Positions 1 through 14,049 of a DNA stretch of 64,000 nt are shown piece by piece. This DNA comes from Eledone cirrhosa (Eukaryota): the NCBI GenBank assembly GCA_964016885.1, contig OZ024760.1, forward strand, positions 10,230,001-10,294,000, read 5' to 3'. Numbering within the stretch: position 1 is the stretch's first letter; every line of letters starts with the position of its first letter. A program made the position numbers and the translations under genes. The notes under the pieces were generated by a model. The model searched no databases, had not been told where the DNA came from, and worked only from the letters and a program-made list of their open reading frames with translations.

Positions 1-1207
1 GCATCCTGTCCAGGGAGAGTCTTGTACTCTCAGTCACTTAACACCGCAGAAATTGGAATAAACAATGACTTGATCCTCCGGGTTCAAGACAGACTTTAAC
101 CCTGCAATAGACTGGCACCCTGTCCAGGGAGAGTCTTGTACTCTCAGTCACTTAACACCGCAGAAATTGGAATAAACAATGACTTGATCCTCCAGGTTCA
201 AGGCAGACTTTAACCCTGCAATGGACTGGCATCCTGTCCAGGGAGAGTCTTGTACTCTCAGTCACTTAACACAGAAACTGGAATAAACACTGGCTTGATC
301 CTCCAGGTTCAAGACAGACTTTAACCCTGCAATAGACTGGCATCCTGTCCAGGGAGAGTCTTGTACTCTCAGTCACTTAACACTACAGAAACTGGAATAA
401 ACAATGGCTTGATCCTCCAGGTTCAAGACAGACTTTAACCCTGCAATAGACTGACATCCTGTCCAGGGAGAGTCTTGTACTCTCAGTCACTTAACACAGA
501 AACTGGAATAAACAATGACTTGATCCTCCGGGTTCAAGACAGACTTTAACCCTGCAATAGACTGACATCCTGTCCAGGGAGAGTCTTGTACTCTCAGTCA
601 CTTAACACAGAAACTGGAATAAACACTGGCTTGATCCTCCAGGTTCAAGACAGACTTTAACCCTGCAATAGACTGGCATCCTGTCCAGGGAGAGTCTTGT
701 ACTCTCAGTCACTTAACACTACAGAAACTGGAATAAACAATGGCTTGATCCTCCAGGTTCAAGACAGACTTTAACCCTGCAATGGACTGGCATCCTGTCC
801 AGGGAGAGTCTTGTACTCTCAGTCAACACAGAAACTGGAATAAACACTGGCTTGATCCTCCAGGTTCAAGACAGACTTTAACCCTGCAATGGACTGGCAT
901 CCTGACCAGGGAGAGTCTTGTACTCTCAGTCACTTAACACAGAAATTGGAATAAACAATGGCTTGATCCTCCAGGTTCAAGACAGACTTTAACCCTGCAA
1001 TGGACTAGCATCCTATCCAGGGAGAGTCTTGTACTCTCACTTAACACAGAAACTGGAATAAACAATGGCTTGATCCTCCAGGTTCAAGACAGACTTTAAC
1101 CCTGCAATGGACTGGCCTCCTGTCCAGGGAGAGTCTTGTACTCTCAGTCACTTACCACAGAAACTGGAATAAGCACTAGCTTGATGATCCTCCAGATTCA
1201 AGACAGA
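1..1207 (+). repeat. Tandem array, 111-114 bp unit, about 10.5 copies (runs off window start); unit resembles a SINE 3' segment
   Basis: Unit gcatcctgtccagggagagtcttgtactctcagtcacttaaca..gaaactggaataaac..gacagactttaaccctgcaatagactg recurs at 1, 115, 229, 340 and onward. The CCCTGCAATGGACTGGCATCCTGTCCAGGG motif resembles metazoan SINE bodies (recognition only). Confidence 0.95.
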
Positions 1208-2639
1208 CACATTACACCCATCATTAGCATCAGTCATTTTTTCTAAACTTCCATGGGTTGGGATATAACTGTTGTGGGGGAGGTTTCCTATGACTTGATG
1301 CCCTTCCCAACACCTTATGATCAATGTAAACTCTCCTAACAGGATGGACTTTTACAAAACTCCACCTGGGTGTTTATGTTCCCTCTTTCCATTCTTGTAT
1401 TCAATGGGACGAGACTTTTTGAAGCAGGTTTTGTTTGGATGACTGACACTTTAAGTGACACATTTTCTAATCTTCAAATTTCAATGTAGATGAACTAATC
1501 TAACAGGGAGGGGAATGAGAGGTTCTTCTACGAATCCTACCACATATTTTGTGATGTAGCTTCTAGAGATAGTTTAAGCCATTTAAGGGTCATCGCCCTT
1601 TTTTAAACAATCCCTCCCACAGCCAGAAAAAAAAAGTGTGTTTGCATCTTACATAGTCAAGCAGTTCTCCAACATTATTCAAAAACCACAAAAAAAGTGC
1701 CGACGTGTGTACAGTGATGTTTGGCGGAAAGAATAACCTCAGGTTCTCAGAAGGTTGAGAAAGCCCAGGAAAAAAATAATGGCAATTGCGATTAATTAAT
1801 GTGGAGCAGGATATTAGAATTTTACAGCTTTTATTTATTATTTTTGTAAATATTTGTTGACAGCTTTTGTTTAAAAACCATGTATGTAGAGGTACATTTC
1901 AAGCATCATTATAGAAAATAAATGATTGCTATTTGCAATGGATACTTTGACCCTCCAAATATATGTTTATGCTACAACCAGTTCCCCCCCCCCCCCATCA
2001 CACACACATACACAAGTAACTACAACCAAACACAAGTAGTTACATGTCAAACATATGGATTCATATTATTATTACTACTAACAGTGGAAATGTGAAGAAT
2101 GAGACAGTCTGTTGATGTTTAGTTAGGTGAGACAACGGAAGAGTGGGAGAACTTTATGATTACTAGAGGTCAACCTTGAACTGTCAACAGTTTTGTTCAC
2201 TGAAAACCCTCTCTACAGACAAATCAGTCCCAACTTTCTCTACAGCCGTGTGTTTAGAACTTTATACACCCCCATCGTACCATACACTGACACCAGGAAG
2301 GCCATCTCATCCTGTTGTAAAACATAGCTTCAAAAAGAACTCCCAAATAAGTACAAACTCTCTAATGGTACTTGCAAGGATAACTAACTCCGGCTTTGTC
2401 TATTATAACCAATGAATGTGGAATTTACACAAACTGAAGCCCTACCCTATATTATTTAACAAAGGAGGGATCAAAGATAATATAGTCTTCTAATATTATT
2501 ATTATTATGTACACATCTGTCAAGTCATAAAACTACTGGTGAGGTCATTTATTGATTACAGTACAGGGCACTATGACCGTAGACCCAAGAATCAAGTCAT
2601 AGTGACAGCACCCAAGTATAAATAAGATCTCTCTAGTAG

Positions 2640-3065
2640 ACAGGGGATCAAATGCCATGGGGAGCAAACGGAGATCAAATGCCACTGGTAACAGACAGGG
2701 TATCAAATGCCACTGGTAACAGACAGGGTATCAAATGCCATTGGTAGTAGACAGGGGATGAAGTCCCAACCATAACATATTGGGGATTATGCCTAACTGG
2801 CAACAAACAAAAGATCAAGTTCCACTGACAGCAAATTAAGGATCAAGTCCCACTGGCAACAAACTGGGAATGAAGTCTCACTGGCAGTTGATCAAATCCC
2901 ACCCACAGAAGACAGAGGATCAAGCCTCGCTGACAGCAGACAAGAGATAAAATCCCACTGACAGCAAACTGATTCACTGATAACAGACGGGATCAAACCT
3001 TGCTGACAGCCTCATCCACAGCAGATTGAGGATCAGGTTTCACTGAAGGCCAAAGACCAGGTCCC
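2640..3065 (+). repeat. Degenerate ~29-30 bp minisatellite
   Basis: Repeated gatcaa(at/gt)(g/c)ccactgg(t/c)aacaga-like units that diverge progressively. Confidence 0.7.
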
Positions 3066-3195
3066 AGTGTTAGAAGGCTAAAGATAAAGAATAAGTCTTA
3101 CTAACAAAATCTTTGTTTTAGTAAACAGTTTTGTGTAGACAGGAAACGCCCTATAAAGGGGCAGTTTCAGTATATTGAGGGGCAACATTGTAAAT

Positions 3196-3407
3196 TTAAC
3201 CCTTTAGCATTCAAACCAGCCGTATCCAGCCAGAATTCCCTCACCTCTTTCTGTTCAAACCGGCTGTAACCAGCCGCTCATACTGATGTTAAAGTATGGT
3301 TCTCAAAATAAATATAAAAATCTTGTAGTTCAAAATTAAGTGAGATAAAGCATTTAGCACAAAAATACAATAGTAAATATAGAGTAATGTAAATGTTAAA
3401 GAGTTGG
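3196..3407 (+). mobile_element. piggyBac-like MITE (~210 bp), degenerate right end
   Basis: Starts TTAA|CCCTTTAGC and ends aatgttaaagagtt; aligns by eye with the reverse complement of 38378-38593. Confidence 0.7.
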
Positions 3408-3843
3408 GGGAGCATTTTTTGCGGGGAGGGGGTGCGGTGAGGGTAAATTTCCCCCTCATACTGATAATATCAAACATGTTTTGCTATCAAAGGCATCAAC
3501 AAATGGAGGAGTCATAATGCGTAGCGGTTTAGACTGATATTAAAAACCAGAAATCTTTAGATAGACCCAGGCTTTAAATTGCTAATGTGCAATCATCATT
3601 ATTATTATTATTATCAGCAGTTATGCTGTACATCTGAATTAACATGTGACACGTTCCTTGCAGCATTTATTGCAGCAAATTTATTGGAAACATTTCCATT
3701 ATCGAATAAAAATCACATTTTTTCTTTGCTATCAACTAACATTATATAATTAAAATGAGAAAAAACAAGGGGGAAAAAACATTTATTAATGTCAGGCAGA
3801 ACCAGCCTGCACCAAAGTTATATATATATATAAATACACACAT

Positions 3844-3892
<49 letters not shown>

Positions 3893-3899
3893 CACACAT

Positions 3900-3962
<63 letters not shown>

Positions 3963-4231
3963 TACATGCGTGTCAATCCGTTTTATGGAAGAAGCTTTCA
4001 GTCATGGATTAGAGATGATGAAGAAAAATCAGCAGATTGCAGTTCTGTCTCTCTCTCTCCTATCCTAGCTGCACAATTAACATAAGTAGAGAAATGACTG
4101 CAACTAAAAGCTAATAAAAATATTTTAAAAAACCTATTTCAATGTCACAATCAATAAAAGCCTAACGCCGCCAATAGGCAATGCACTTTTGTAGCAGCAA
4201 AGACGTAGACAGCAAAAGAAAAACGAAAAGG

Positions 4232-4269
<38 letters not shown>

Positions 4270-5439
4270 ATCTGAGGCAAAATCTCGTGACTCACTGAAG
4301 AGGCTAAATTATCTTGACAATTGACTAAGTATAATTACTAATCAGTTGTAACTGAGCGAATTACCGGGGGGGAAGAAAGAAAATTAAAATATATTTTTCA
4401 TAATTTCACATAATTCTACACCACCCACTCACAATCTCATTTTGTCCCACCACCACCACCACCACCACTATATACACCGATTTCTATTGAACATATAAAG
4501 GTCAGTTTGACCCAAGAGATATTTGGTCAGGGTCAGGAAAAATTAATATTTTTTTAAAAAAAAAATTTTTTTTTTTTTTCCAAAGAAAATACAAGATAAT
4601 GAATAATAACAATCGATAAGTGCATTGAATATTTTCAATATTTAATAAATGTAATATTTGAAATGAAATTCAGTGTTCACAAAGGTAGATGTCATATGAA
4701 CAAGTATGGTGAGCAATTCATTTTATTAAACCCCCGCCTATGTATAAAGTTCAGTTCCAAAGGCATGACATGTCTATCGTCCAAGGACATAGCAATATGC
4801 TATGTTATGTTAGTCTCCATCTCTCTCTCTCTCTCTCTCTCTCCCCTTTCCATTACAGATGGTAAAGAGAGATGCTAGTTGTTATAATAACTAGTGTGAT
4901 TGTCTTTACTGATGCGTACATTATTGTAGGGGTAACTGTTGACCTAGGACTGGGTTATAGCGTCTGAAGAAGAGATGGAGACAGGAAGAGAGGGGGAGGG
5001 GGTGAAGAGATGAAGAGGCAACTGGTTTGATAAAGGCATAATCAACATCTTAGTTCAATCCGACTCCAGACTACAATATCGATCTGTGAGCCATCCTACC
5101 TTACCAGCTCTGTTGCTACTACTACTATAGCTGATGATTCGCTTGGTCTCTGGTCTGCTGTCGGCATATCCCATCTCCTACCACGCCCAGTGTAGTCAAA
5201 GCAACCATCCGGGAGAGGGGGGGGGGAGAAAGATGAAAGATATCACATGAAAGACCCCATTTAAACGACGACACACATACACCTGATTGGAAGAGGAGGC
5301 TGTGATGGAATCCAGTAAAAGAGGGTGGTTGTAGAAATGTTACATGAAATGGTTATCATTAAATAACTTGTTCTAAGTCAGCGTGTTGTGAGGTGGGGGA
5401 AGAGGGTGACAGTTGAGTTGGTGTGTGTGTGTGGGAGGG

Positions 5440-5920
5440 GGAGCTGGTAGATGGCGACGGTGGTGGAGAGTGGTGATGGTAGAAGTGGGGGGAGAGGCGC
5501 TGGTAGATGGCGACGGTGGTGGAGAGTGGTGATGGTAGAAGTGGGGGAGAGGTGCTGGTAGATGGCGACGGTGGTGGAGAGTGGTGATGGAGAGGTGCTG
5601 GTAGATGGCAACGGTGGTGGAGAGTGGTGATGGTAGAAGTGGGAGGGGAGGTGCTGGTAGATGGCGACGGTGGTGGAGAGGTGCTGGTAGATGGCGACGG
5701 TGGTGGAGAGTGGTGATGGTAGAAGTGGGAGGGGAGGTGCTGGTAGATGGCGACGGTGGTGGAGAGGTGCTGGTAGATGGCGACGGTGGTGGAGAGTGGT
5801 GATGGTAGAAGTGGGAGGGGAGGTGCTGGTAGATGGCGACGGTGGTGGAGAGGTGCTGGTAGATGGCGACGGTGGTGGAGAGTGGTGATGGTAGAAGTGG
5901 GGGGGGGGACTGGTAGATGG
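5440..5920 (+). repeat. G-rich compound minisatellite (30 bp and ~56-59 bp units)
   Basis: Repeats of gagaggtgctggtagatggcgacggtggtg with or without gagagtggtgatggtagaagtggg. Confidence 0.9.
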
Positions 5921-6460
5921 TGACAGTGGTAAGGTGAGTGAGCTGCTGGTAGATAATGATGGCGGTGGTGTTGAAGTAATCACCAGCAAGTTGACGTTAT
6001 CTTGCCAAACACCAATGTTTATCAATCTTAGTAGTACTCTCATGTCACTGAAAATTAATCTTTAAATTAATTTAAGCAACATTTACTATATATATATATA
6101 TATATCTTCATTATCCGACAGTTAGGCGCAAGAATTAAGAACGACGAGGGCTGCTTTATTTTTTCTTCTTTCATTTTTGCCAATATATGAATAAATTCGG
6201 AATAAAAAAAAAAATGTCAACCTTTCAAACCGATGGAACAATGAATGTCATGATATGCTCCACTTCACTCATCTCTCGAAAGTAAATGAAATAAATATTT
6301 TTTTTAAAAACCATCACAAGTTATGCAGATGAACGCTCCCATGGCTGTTTAAGTGTGAAATGTAAAGAGAGAGATATCTAGAAAACATCGTAAGACCAGA
6401 ATATCGCTGATCAAAACGGGGGCCTTGCTTGTTTCATAGCAATCTCTCAACACATATATA

Positions 6461-6540
6461 CACGCTGTCCCCAAAAATGTATACACACTTTAACAGCATT
6501 CTAATAAATATTGCCTGTACAGGTAATCCGTGTGTATACA
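6461..6540. mobile_element. Partial Tc1/mariner-type MITE
   Basis: TA|CACGCTGTCCCCAAAAATGTATACAC matches the TIR of 20475-20589. Confidence 0.6.
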
Positions 6541-7603
6541 TATATGATATATACACACACACAGAGGAAGGTATACCCACTCTGCACCTTTCAATGCATT
6601 GAGTACTCCCATGGTTTGTGGTCTACCACCGCAGGCTATCTATATACATACATATAAATATTTATATACACACACCTATATATACAAACACACATATATA
6701 CACACACACATACACTATGCACGCACCAAATGACGTGTGCCTACGAGATGAAATGAAGGGGGTAGATGGTGGTTAACGTATGTTAATATCAAAAAGATAA
6801 TAACCAAAGATGGGGACAAAAGAGGTCAGTCTGGAAGAGAAAGGGAAGAGGAGAGGTATCAATTAAAGGTGTGATAGGGACAGGTAGTTGAGAAAGGAAA
6901 AGAGGGAAGAAAGAGGTAGAAATCTGTATGTGAAAGAGAGAGAGATGGCGCGCAATTATCAGCCACCACAGATTGGTTTAAATTCGCGGCAACGACCAAC
7001 TATGCCCTACACCCTCTCCCCCAAGCAAAACAACCACCTTTTTCGATACACTTGGGTTGAAACACATACAGCCATCTCTTACACAGACAATGTTTTTGTT
7101 AAGGATAGCATTCCACAAAAAAATTATAGACGGGATATTTTTCAAACCTGTGTTTTTTATCCCCCCCAAGAGTCCCTAGGGTTTTGTTTTGTTTTATTTG
7201 TGGAGTTTCAAAAGGGGATGGCGAACGAGGATCGAACGAGATACCAACACTATTTTCTCATCTTGTTGAATGCTTGCTTCATTATCGAATCATTAACCAA
7301 GTAAAAAAAAAATCAACGTACACATAAATTACATATGATAATGTCACATGTAATTATGGCTGGACACAACACTCGTGTTTTATAGACACACGTAGACATA
7401 CATCCATATATTCACACAGACAATGTACTAATAGATTTGTACATACATTGAACACAAGGATATACATACATACATTACATTACATTACATTTTAAGAAAA
7501 ATGCGCAAGACAAATTTGTAATATATTAGATATGCGACTTGATGCCGGTATAATATACGCATTATCAATCATATGCTCACACACACACATATATATATGT
7601 ATG

Positions 7604-7644
<41 letters not shown>

Positions 7645-7649
7645 ATATA

Positions 7650-8108
7650 GTATATTAAACGGGGAATAGAATCGGCAACTATTTAAATGAGCAAATTTGA
7701 TGTTAGTCCTAGATATACAAGCTATCTGAATGAATGATGGATAAATAAAACGATGGTTACGATTGAAACACCTTTGATCAGTTTAACCCAGGATAAACAA
7801 TAAGGAGATTTTAAAACTTATCAACAAAGGTGCAGAGATGTAGGGGTGACCACACCATTCATATATACATACAAGTTTGTCTCGTTGATGGTAAATCACA
7901 AAAAGAGTGTAAATGTGGAAAGGAACATTAGGAGTTTTGTATTAATTAAAGATGTGTGTATCGATATGATGTTGAACTGACGAACTGCGGAGATAATTTC
8001 CCCAGTGAAACATGCGGAGTATTCGATCGATGAATTTCACCACATTTTCTACATTACAACTATTCCCTGTGACCAAGTGTTTGGTCCAACTTTGGGTAAA
8101 CCTTTTAT
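7650..8108 (+). mobile_element. Penelope-like element 3' remnant (decayed ORF end, HHR, tail)
   Basis: Decayed reading YIKRGIESATI*MSKFDVSP loosely resembles the GIY-YIG C-terminal R..IES..I..N motif; followed by the HHR at 7971. Confidence 0.45.
7971..8027 (+). ncRNA. Type I hammerhead ribozyme
   Basis: gttgaa-CTGACGA-actg(cgga..ttcc)ccagt-GAAA-c(atgcgga)g-TA-ttcgat. Stem I is 6 bp (2 G-U), stem II pairs, stem III is minimal. Confidence 0.75.
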
Positions 8109-8117
8109 AACGAAATT

Positions 8118-8229
8118 AACTGATTTCTTACAAATGAAACAATTCTAGTCCCTGTAGAAGTAATTTCTATAATTGAGTACCTTTATTGGCAGTGGTCGCC
8201 TCTCGCCGATTGTCATCGGGATCCTACAT

Positions 8230-8230
<1 letters not shown>
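8118..8230 (+). mobile_element. HHR-element family B fragment (3' half of HHR plus tail)
   Basis: tgatttcttacaaatGAAAcaattctagtccctgTAgaag is homologous to 14713-14756 and 43597-43650(-); ends in (TA)n. Confidence 0.65.
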
Positions 8231-8275
<45 letters not shown>

Positions 8276-8549
8276 AAGTACTGACGGTTGTGTTAAGAGA
8301 GATGAGGGGATGGATGGGTCAATTATTTCTTCTCCTTCGCCATATCTTGGTTGTCGATAGTTTTTCATCACAGCCTCCTCGGCTTTTTTTTTTTTTTTTT
8401 TTTTTTAATAGATTCATGTTTTTTTTAATAGATTCATGTTTTTTTTATTTTTCTTTGTTTGTCATTTGTCCACCATGGAAACGATTTTTACGGCGACGCA
8501 AATAAAATAAAATCTATTAAAATATCAACAACGCTAAAAATAACAGCCC

Positions 8550-8586
<37 letters not shown>

Positions 8587-8736
8587 AAAATCACGCACAC
8601 CCTTTAATGTAATCCAAGGTACACTGTGGAAAATAACAACAATGAAATAGTTTAACAACTGGGAATGTCTCATTCAGACACGAACAGCAACAATATTAAA
8701 AAGAGGAACGTGCAGGCGCTGAGTTCGATTCCCAGT

Positions 8737-8819
<83 letters not shown>

Positions 8820-8820
<1 letters not shown>

Positions 8821-8967
8821 GAGCTGAGAAGTTCGTAGGTTAACTATGATAGAGTGATGCTAGAACTGCGCAACTTTTCTTTCCAGGGACTAATGTTGAA
8901 AAATAAACCCCATTTGGTCATTCCATGAGAGTATCTTGATCACCCTTTGAACTTTTCATCCGACCCT

Positions 8968-8970
<3 letters not shown>
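8820..8970 (-). mobile_element. Mariner-like MITE
   Basis: TIR gagggtcggatgaaaagttca on the minus strand; same family as 13563-13814, 13230-13345 and 34517-34697. Confidence 0.7.
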
Positions 8971-9001
<31 letters not shown>

Positions 9002-9821
9002 CATACACACAAACAAAATAGATGTTTGAAAAACGGAATAGTTGGGTTTTAATGGGGAAAAAAAAAAATAAAGATTGGTTCGGAAGAGAGAGATGAGGCG
9101 GAGAATGGTGAAGAAGGTTGTTTTTAGATCCCAATTTATCTCCGATAAAGACAAACGTTGCAGTTGTTTTATATAGATATATTTTCACCATTAAATAGAT
9201 ATATTTAAACGTCTCCTTTTTTTTTTTTTTACGAGGCAGTAAGGTTATATTAAAGAGATCTGACTGCTGTGTTTAGCAGATTCAACATCCATTGAAGAAG
9301 AATAGCTATTTCTTCTACCACCTCGTTGGTTCGGGACACAAAACAAAGCCGCCAAAAAAAAAAATTAAAAGATTTTAAAAAATAATTGCATTAGGGATGA
9401 CAATATATATATAAATATATAAATATATAAATGAAAAGTATAGAAATTATTGTAGCAAGAAGCCAACAGTATTCCATAATATATAAATATATATATATAT
9501 ATAATAATTTCAGACAACGAATTATTAAAACCCTGCATCAAAAGCTATAAACCAGAGGCGTTCTAGCCATGTCCTTTTATTTTGTGTGAATAAATATATA
9601 ACGTTGTGTATATATTTATATATATTTATTTATTAATATTTATACTTAAATATGAAAATGTTTATAGGGAGCAATAACAAGTTAGGGTTTACAAATGTCG
9701 TCAAAACGAAAGGGTTTGGGTGGAGGGACGGAAATAAGGCGCTAAATAATGTGGGAACAGCAACAACAGAATTGAAGGGACACAGAGGTGTGTATATGTA
9801 CATATATGTGTCTGTCCCTCT

Positions 9822-9852
<31 letters not shown>

Positions 9853-10236
9853 GGGACAGGAATAAGGCGTTAAAATCTGTGGGAACAGCAACAACAAAAA
9901 TGGGTTATCCTAGGAGAGACAGAGGGGAATGGATATATATATATATATATATATATATACCTATATCCCTCAATTATAAATATATGTCAGTGTAGGAAGC
10001 TAGGGGATGAATAGCAACGAAATCGAAATAGTTAAAGGGATAAAATGGCAGGACCTCGTGGTGGAGGAGGGGGTAAAACAGGGCGCCAAAATGTAGGACA
10101 GAGAGATGGCAGGGCAGCGGAGTCAAGGATATATTATTATAAGCAGAGATCAATTACATATGCAATATATAATATATATGCATATACATATATATACACA
10201 TATATATATATATATTACATATATATATATGTATAA

Positions 10237-10294
<58 letters not shown>

Positions 10295-10732
10295 TTCGTT
10301 TCTGAATTTGTTTAGCAAGATTCTTTATCTGAAAACGTGTGTTGAAACCGATATTGTTATACTTTGGGAGGGTCATGTTGCCTATATATATATATATATA
10401 TATATAAATATATATAAATGTGTGTGTGTGTGTGTGTACTAAGAGTGAGAAATGAAATTTCGTTTCATTTTTTCCATTTATATATATATATATAGAGAGA
10501 GAGAGATTACAATAATCAAAGTTCAGTTTAAATCATTGTAAGCAAATAAATGATTTAAACTGAACTTTGATTATTGTAATCTCTATAACTCATTACATTG
10601 AGCTATTTATCTTACTGGTAATCAGTCAGATAGTAATGAATGACTATCTTTCACTATTTGGGGTTTGTATAAAAAAAGATATATAACCATAAAAGGTTTT
10701 ATTATATACATAACCATAAATAGTATCCTTAA

Positions 10733-10772
<40 letters not shown>

Positions 10773-10778
<6 letters not shown>

Positions 10779-10885
10779 TTCTATTTTTAGGCACAAGGCC
10801 AAAAATTACCCAGTGTATTACTGGTACTTTTATTTTATCGACCCCGTAAGGATGAAAGGCAAAGTTAACCTCGGCGGGATTTGAA
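10773..10885 (-). mobile_element. SINE family 1 (Nin/Deu-like core), partial
   Basis: Reverse complement of aactttgcctttcatccttacggggtcgataaaataaagtaccag. Confidence 0.85.
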
Positions 10886-11019
10886 TTATAAGCAGAGATC
10901 AATAACATATGTAACAAACAAAACAAAACAAAACAAAAAAAAAAAAATATATATATATATAATAGAGGGACTAAGGCAAGTATATATTATTAAAAGCAGA
11001 GATCAATTACATATGCATC

Positions 11020-11124
<105 letters not shown>

Positions 11125-11323
11125 TATATGATAGATGGTGAATTAATAAGAGATGGGTGAAGCTATTATGATAAATTAAACAGAGAAGTGGTTGATATGT
11201 GTATTAATTAAAATATTGTCTTTCTTAATATATATATTTAGATGTCTTTTGTTTTTTTTTAGGGTGTAAAAAAAAAAAAGATATTTAAGAAGACATAAAG
11301 GGATTCTCTATAATATATGCATT

Positions 11324-11362
<39 letters not shown>

Positions 11363-11489
11363 GTAAATATATAATATAATAAATTAAGGATTGTGGAAAA
11401 ATAACAAACCTCCAACAAAACCTGCCACACGGATGAAGCGAGGAGAACGCGTAGTTTAGTAAGACTAGCTTAACAATAGAAGGAAAGGG

Positions 11490-11630
11490 GGGTTATGACG
11501 TGACACCTACAGGCAGATTCTGATTGGCTAACATATTGCTTGATTGTCGTTTCATTGGTTGAATTTTTCCGACGTCTTTTCTGATTGGTCGAAATAGCCG
11601 GAGAAACTAAATTTAAAATGCCGGTACTGC
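11490..11630. promoter_or_regulatory. Promoter-like segment: CRE-like TGACGTGA, three inverted CCAAT (NF-Y) boxes, CHR-like TTTAAA
   Basis: TGACGT at 11496; ATTGG at 11523, 11554 and 11584 (31 and 30 bp spacing, two in CTGATTGG context); TTTAAA at 11612; CpG-containing unique sequence. Confidence 0.55.
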
Positions 11631-11736
11631 GTATATATACCGTTATGTTGTCAACAGATCGTTGCAATATATATCTATTTACTAACTAGTTATTTATTTA
11701 TTTATATTATACACACATACAAATATAATATATATA

Positions 11737-11772
<36 letters not shown>

Positions 11773-11805
11773 TATATATATATATATATACATATATACA
11801 CACAC

Positions 11806-11846
<41 letters not shown>

Positions 11847-11878
11847 TGCATACATACATATATGTATGTGTGTTTATA

Positions 11879-11921
<43 letters not shown>

Positions 11922-12562
11922 TTATATATATGTGTGTATGTGTATATATATATATATTATATAAAAGGAGTTATATATAAAAATGACCAGGCTCTTTGGA
12001 AGAACTCTTTCATCATGAACCACTGACATAGCTAGCAACCTGTTACTGAGTAGCAGATATTATTTTTTTTTACTTCCTACCCTGATATCACTCACGCAAT
12101 GGATATTATCATACTTAAGAAGAGATACTGCATCAAACGCCATCACCTTCACAATATTCACTCCAAGTTCTCTCTCATCGCCACACATATATTAAAAAGA
12201 AAATGTGACATACTCCACATATCCCATACTTCTCTATTTTGTTTTTATATAAATGACCAAATTTCCGTTTTTTTTTTTTCTGTCTAATGATTCCCAATTA
12301 ACCTCTATGAATGTTATCAATTTGTTGTGGATTATGCATTATTATAGACGTAAAAGAAAATAAAGAGGGATGTTGAAGTTGTGATGTCCATGCCGTTCCC
12401 CCAAATGTTATAGGGAAGCCAACATCACTGATGTGAAACAATTAGCTAGAAACAGTTGAAACAACCGGGCTGTGGATGTAGTTCAATTAGGAGTTTACTA
12501 CTTGAAAATATTCACCATTATATATACACACACACGCACACACATATATATATATATATATT

Positions 12563-12758
12563 GGAGAAAGTATGACCCCGATGGCAGAGCTCAAGCCGTT
12601 TCCACGGCTATTTCTGGACTGAGTCCAGAAATAGCCGTCGAAACGGCTTCAGCTCTGCCGTCGGGGTCATACTTTCTCCTATTACCCACTCTACTACCCT
12701 AAATATTGAGTACTCTGGTGCGTTATGGTCCATCTGGTTCCTTACCACAACTCCGTTA
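12563..12758 (+). mobile_element. HHR-element family D, fold-back copy
   Basis: Inverted arms 12563-12620 / 12622-12679; GAAA-cggc..gccg-TC at 12640-12662; flanked by (TA)n. Confidence 0.8.
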
Positions 12759-12899
12759 TATATATATATAATTAAAAGATCGATGGTGTGGCGCATGTTT
12801 GAGATTTTCTCAGACTTGACATCTCCATTTTTGATAGTAATAAATACATATATATATATATATATAATATATGTATTTTATATATATATATAATATATG

Positions 12900-12943
<44 letters not shown>

Positions 12944-13393
12944 CGCGCGGCGTGCAACCTTTATACATTCAATATCTATTTTATATTAGTACCAATACGG
13001 CTTGCTATACAAAGAAAAAAGCCACAAGCAGCCATGCACCAATATTTATTATAATACGCTGATATATGATTTATTGCAATTTTATTATTTCTAAATCTAC
13101 CTGTTGATTGTACATAGCGAAGCAGAATCCCAGGTTTGCTATCATCCTGTCCTAGTAACAGTTTGATTTCTGAGATAAAGAAGAAAGATGCCTCGATTTT
13201 CCATATAGTAGTAGTAGTAAATACGAGAGTCGGCCAAAAACTCCATAGATTGACCAAGATACTCTCATGGAATGACAAAATGAGGTTTATTTTTCAACAT
13301 TAATATTATGAAGAGTTTAAATTTCCATGCAGCATTTCACAGCCCTAGCATCAATCCTTTATATATATATACATACATACATACATACATACA

Positions 13394-13425
<32 letters not shown>

Positions 13426-13526
13426 CACATATCATATATATATATATATATATATATGATAAAATGAGTGATTGGATTACATTAAACGATATCTCGTTAA
13501 CTTATATATAAATATAAATATACACA

Positions 13527-13562
<36 letters not shown>

Positions 13563-13564
<2 letters not shown>

Positions 13565-13814
13565 AGGGTTGGCTGAAAAGTTCAGAGGCTCTCATGGAAT
13601 AACCAAATGATACTCTCATGGAATAACCAAATGAGGTTTATTTTTCACGATACTCTCATGGAATAACCAAATGAGGTTTATTTTTCAACATAGTTCCATG
13701 GAAAGAAACAATAGTTATTAATTATTAAGAAGAAGAGTTGAAATTAATGTAAGATTTCACAACTCTAGTATCACTCCTTCACAGTCAGCCTATGAACTTT
13801 TCAGCCTACCCTCT
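13563..13814 (+). mobile_element. Mariner-like MITE with both TIRs and internal duplications
   Basis: gagggttggctgaaaagttca ... tgaacttttcagcctaccctc. Confidence 0.8.
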
Positions 13815-14049
13815 TAGTGTAAAGTTTCATGCTGGATATTCTGTTGCAAGGTGGCAGATTTAAAGGGAGGTTTTAGACGAGGGCATATATAGTCAGAGAT
13901 AGCTACCATATTAAAAGGGCACCCGGTGAAAAACTTTCAGCTAGGGGCTTCGTCCGTTTATAGCTCACAACTTCTCACATACAAAGTCTGAGTGCAGGGT
14001 TAAACTCATCAATAAGCACGTGTGTCAAACAGTCGCGGTCACTAGAATT

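Noticed and set aside
1-1207. CRISPR-like appearance of tandem arrays here and at 28180, 35500 and 55400
   Set aside because: Units are contiguous with no unique spacers, there are no cas genes, and the context is eukaryotic.
6888-7304. 138-aa ORF
   Set aside because: Non-ATG start, no recognisable domain, and length plausible by chance.
12422-12479. HHR-like remnants here and at 16819-16887(-), 34901-34940, 62433-62470 and 62646-62687
   Set aside because: Each lacks a core strand, the UH or stem I, so they count only as possible decayed copies.
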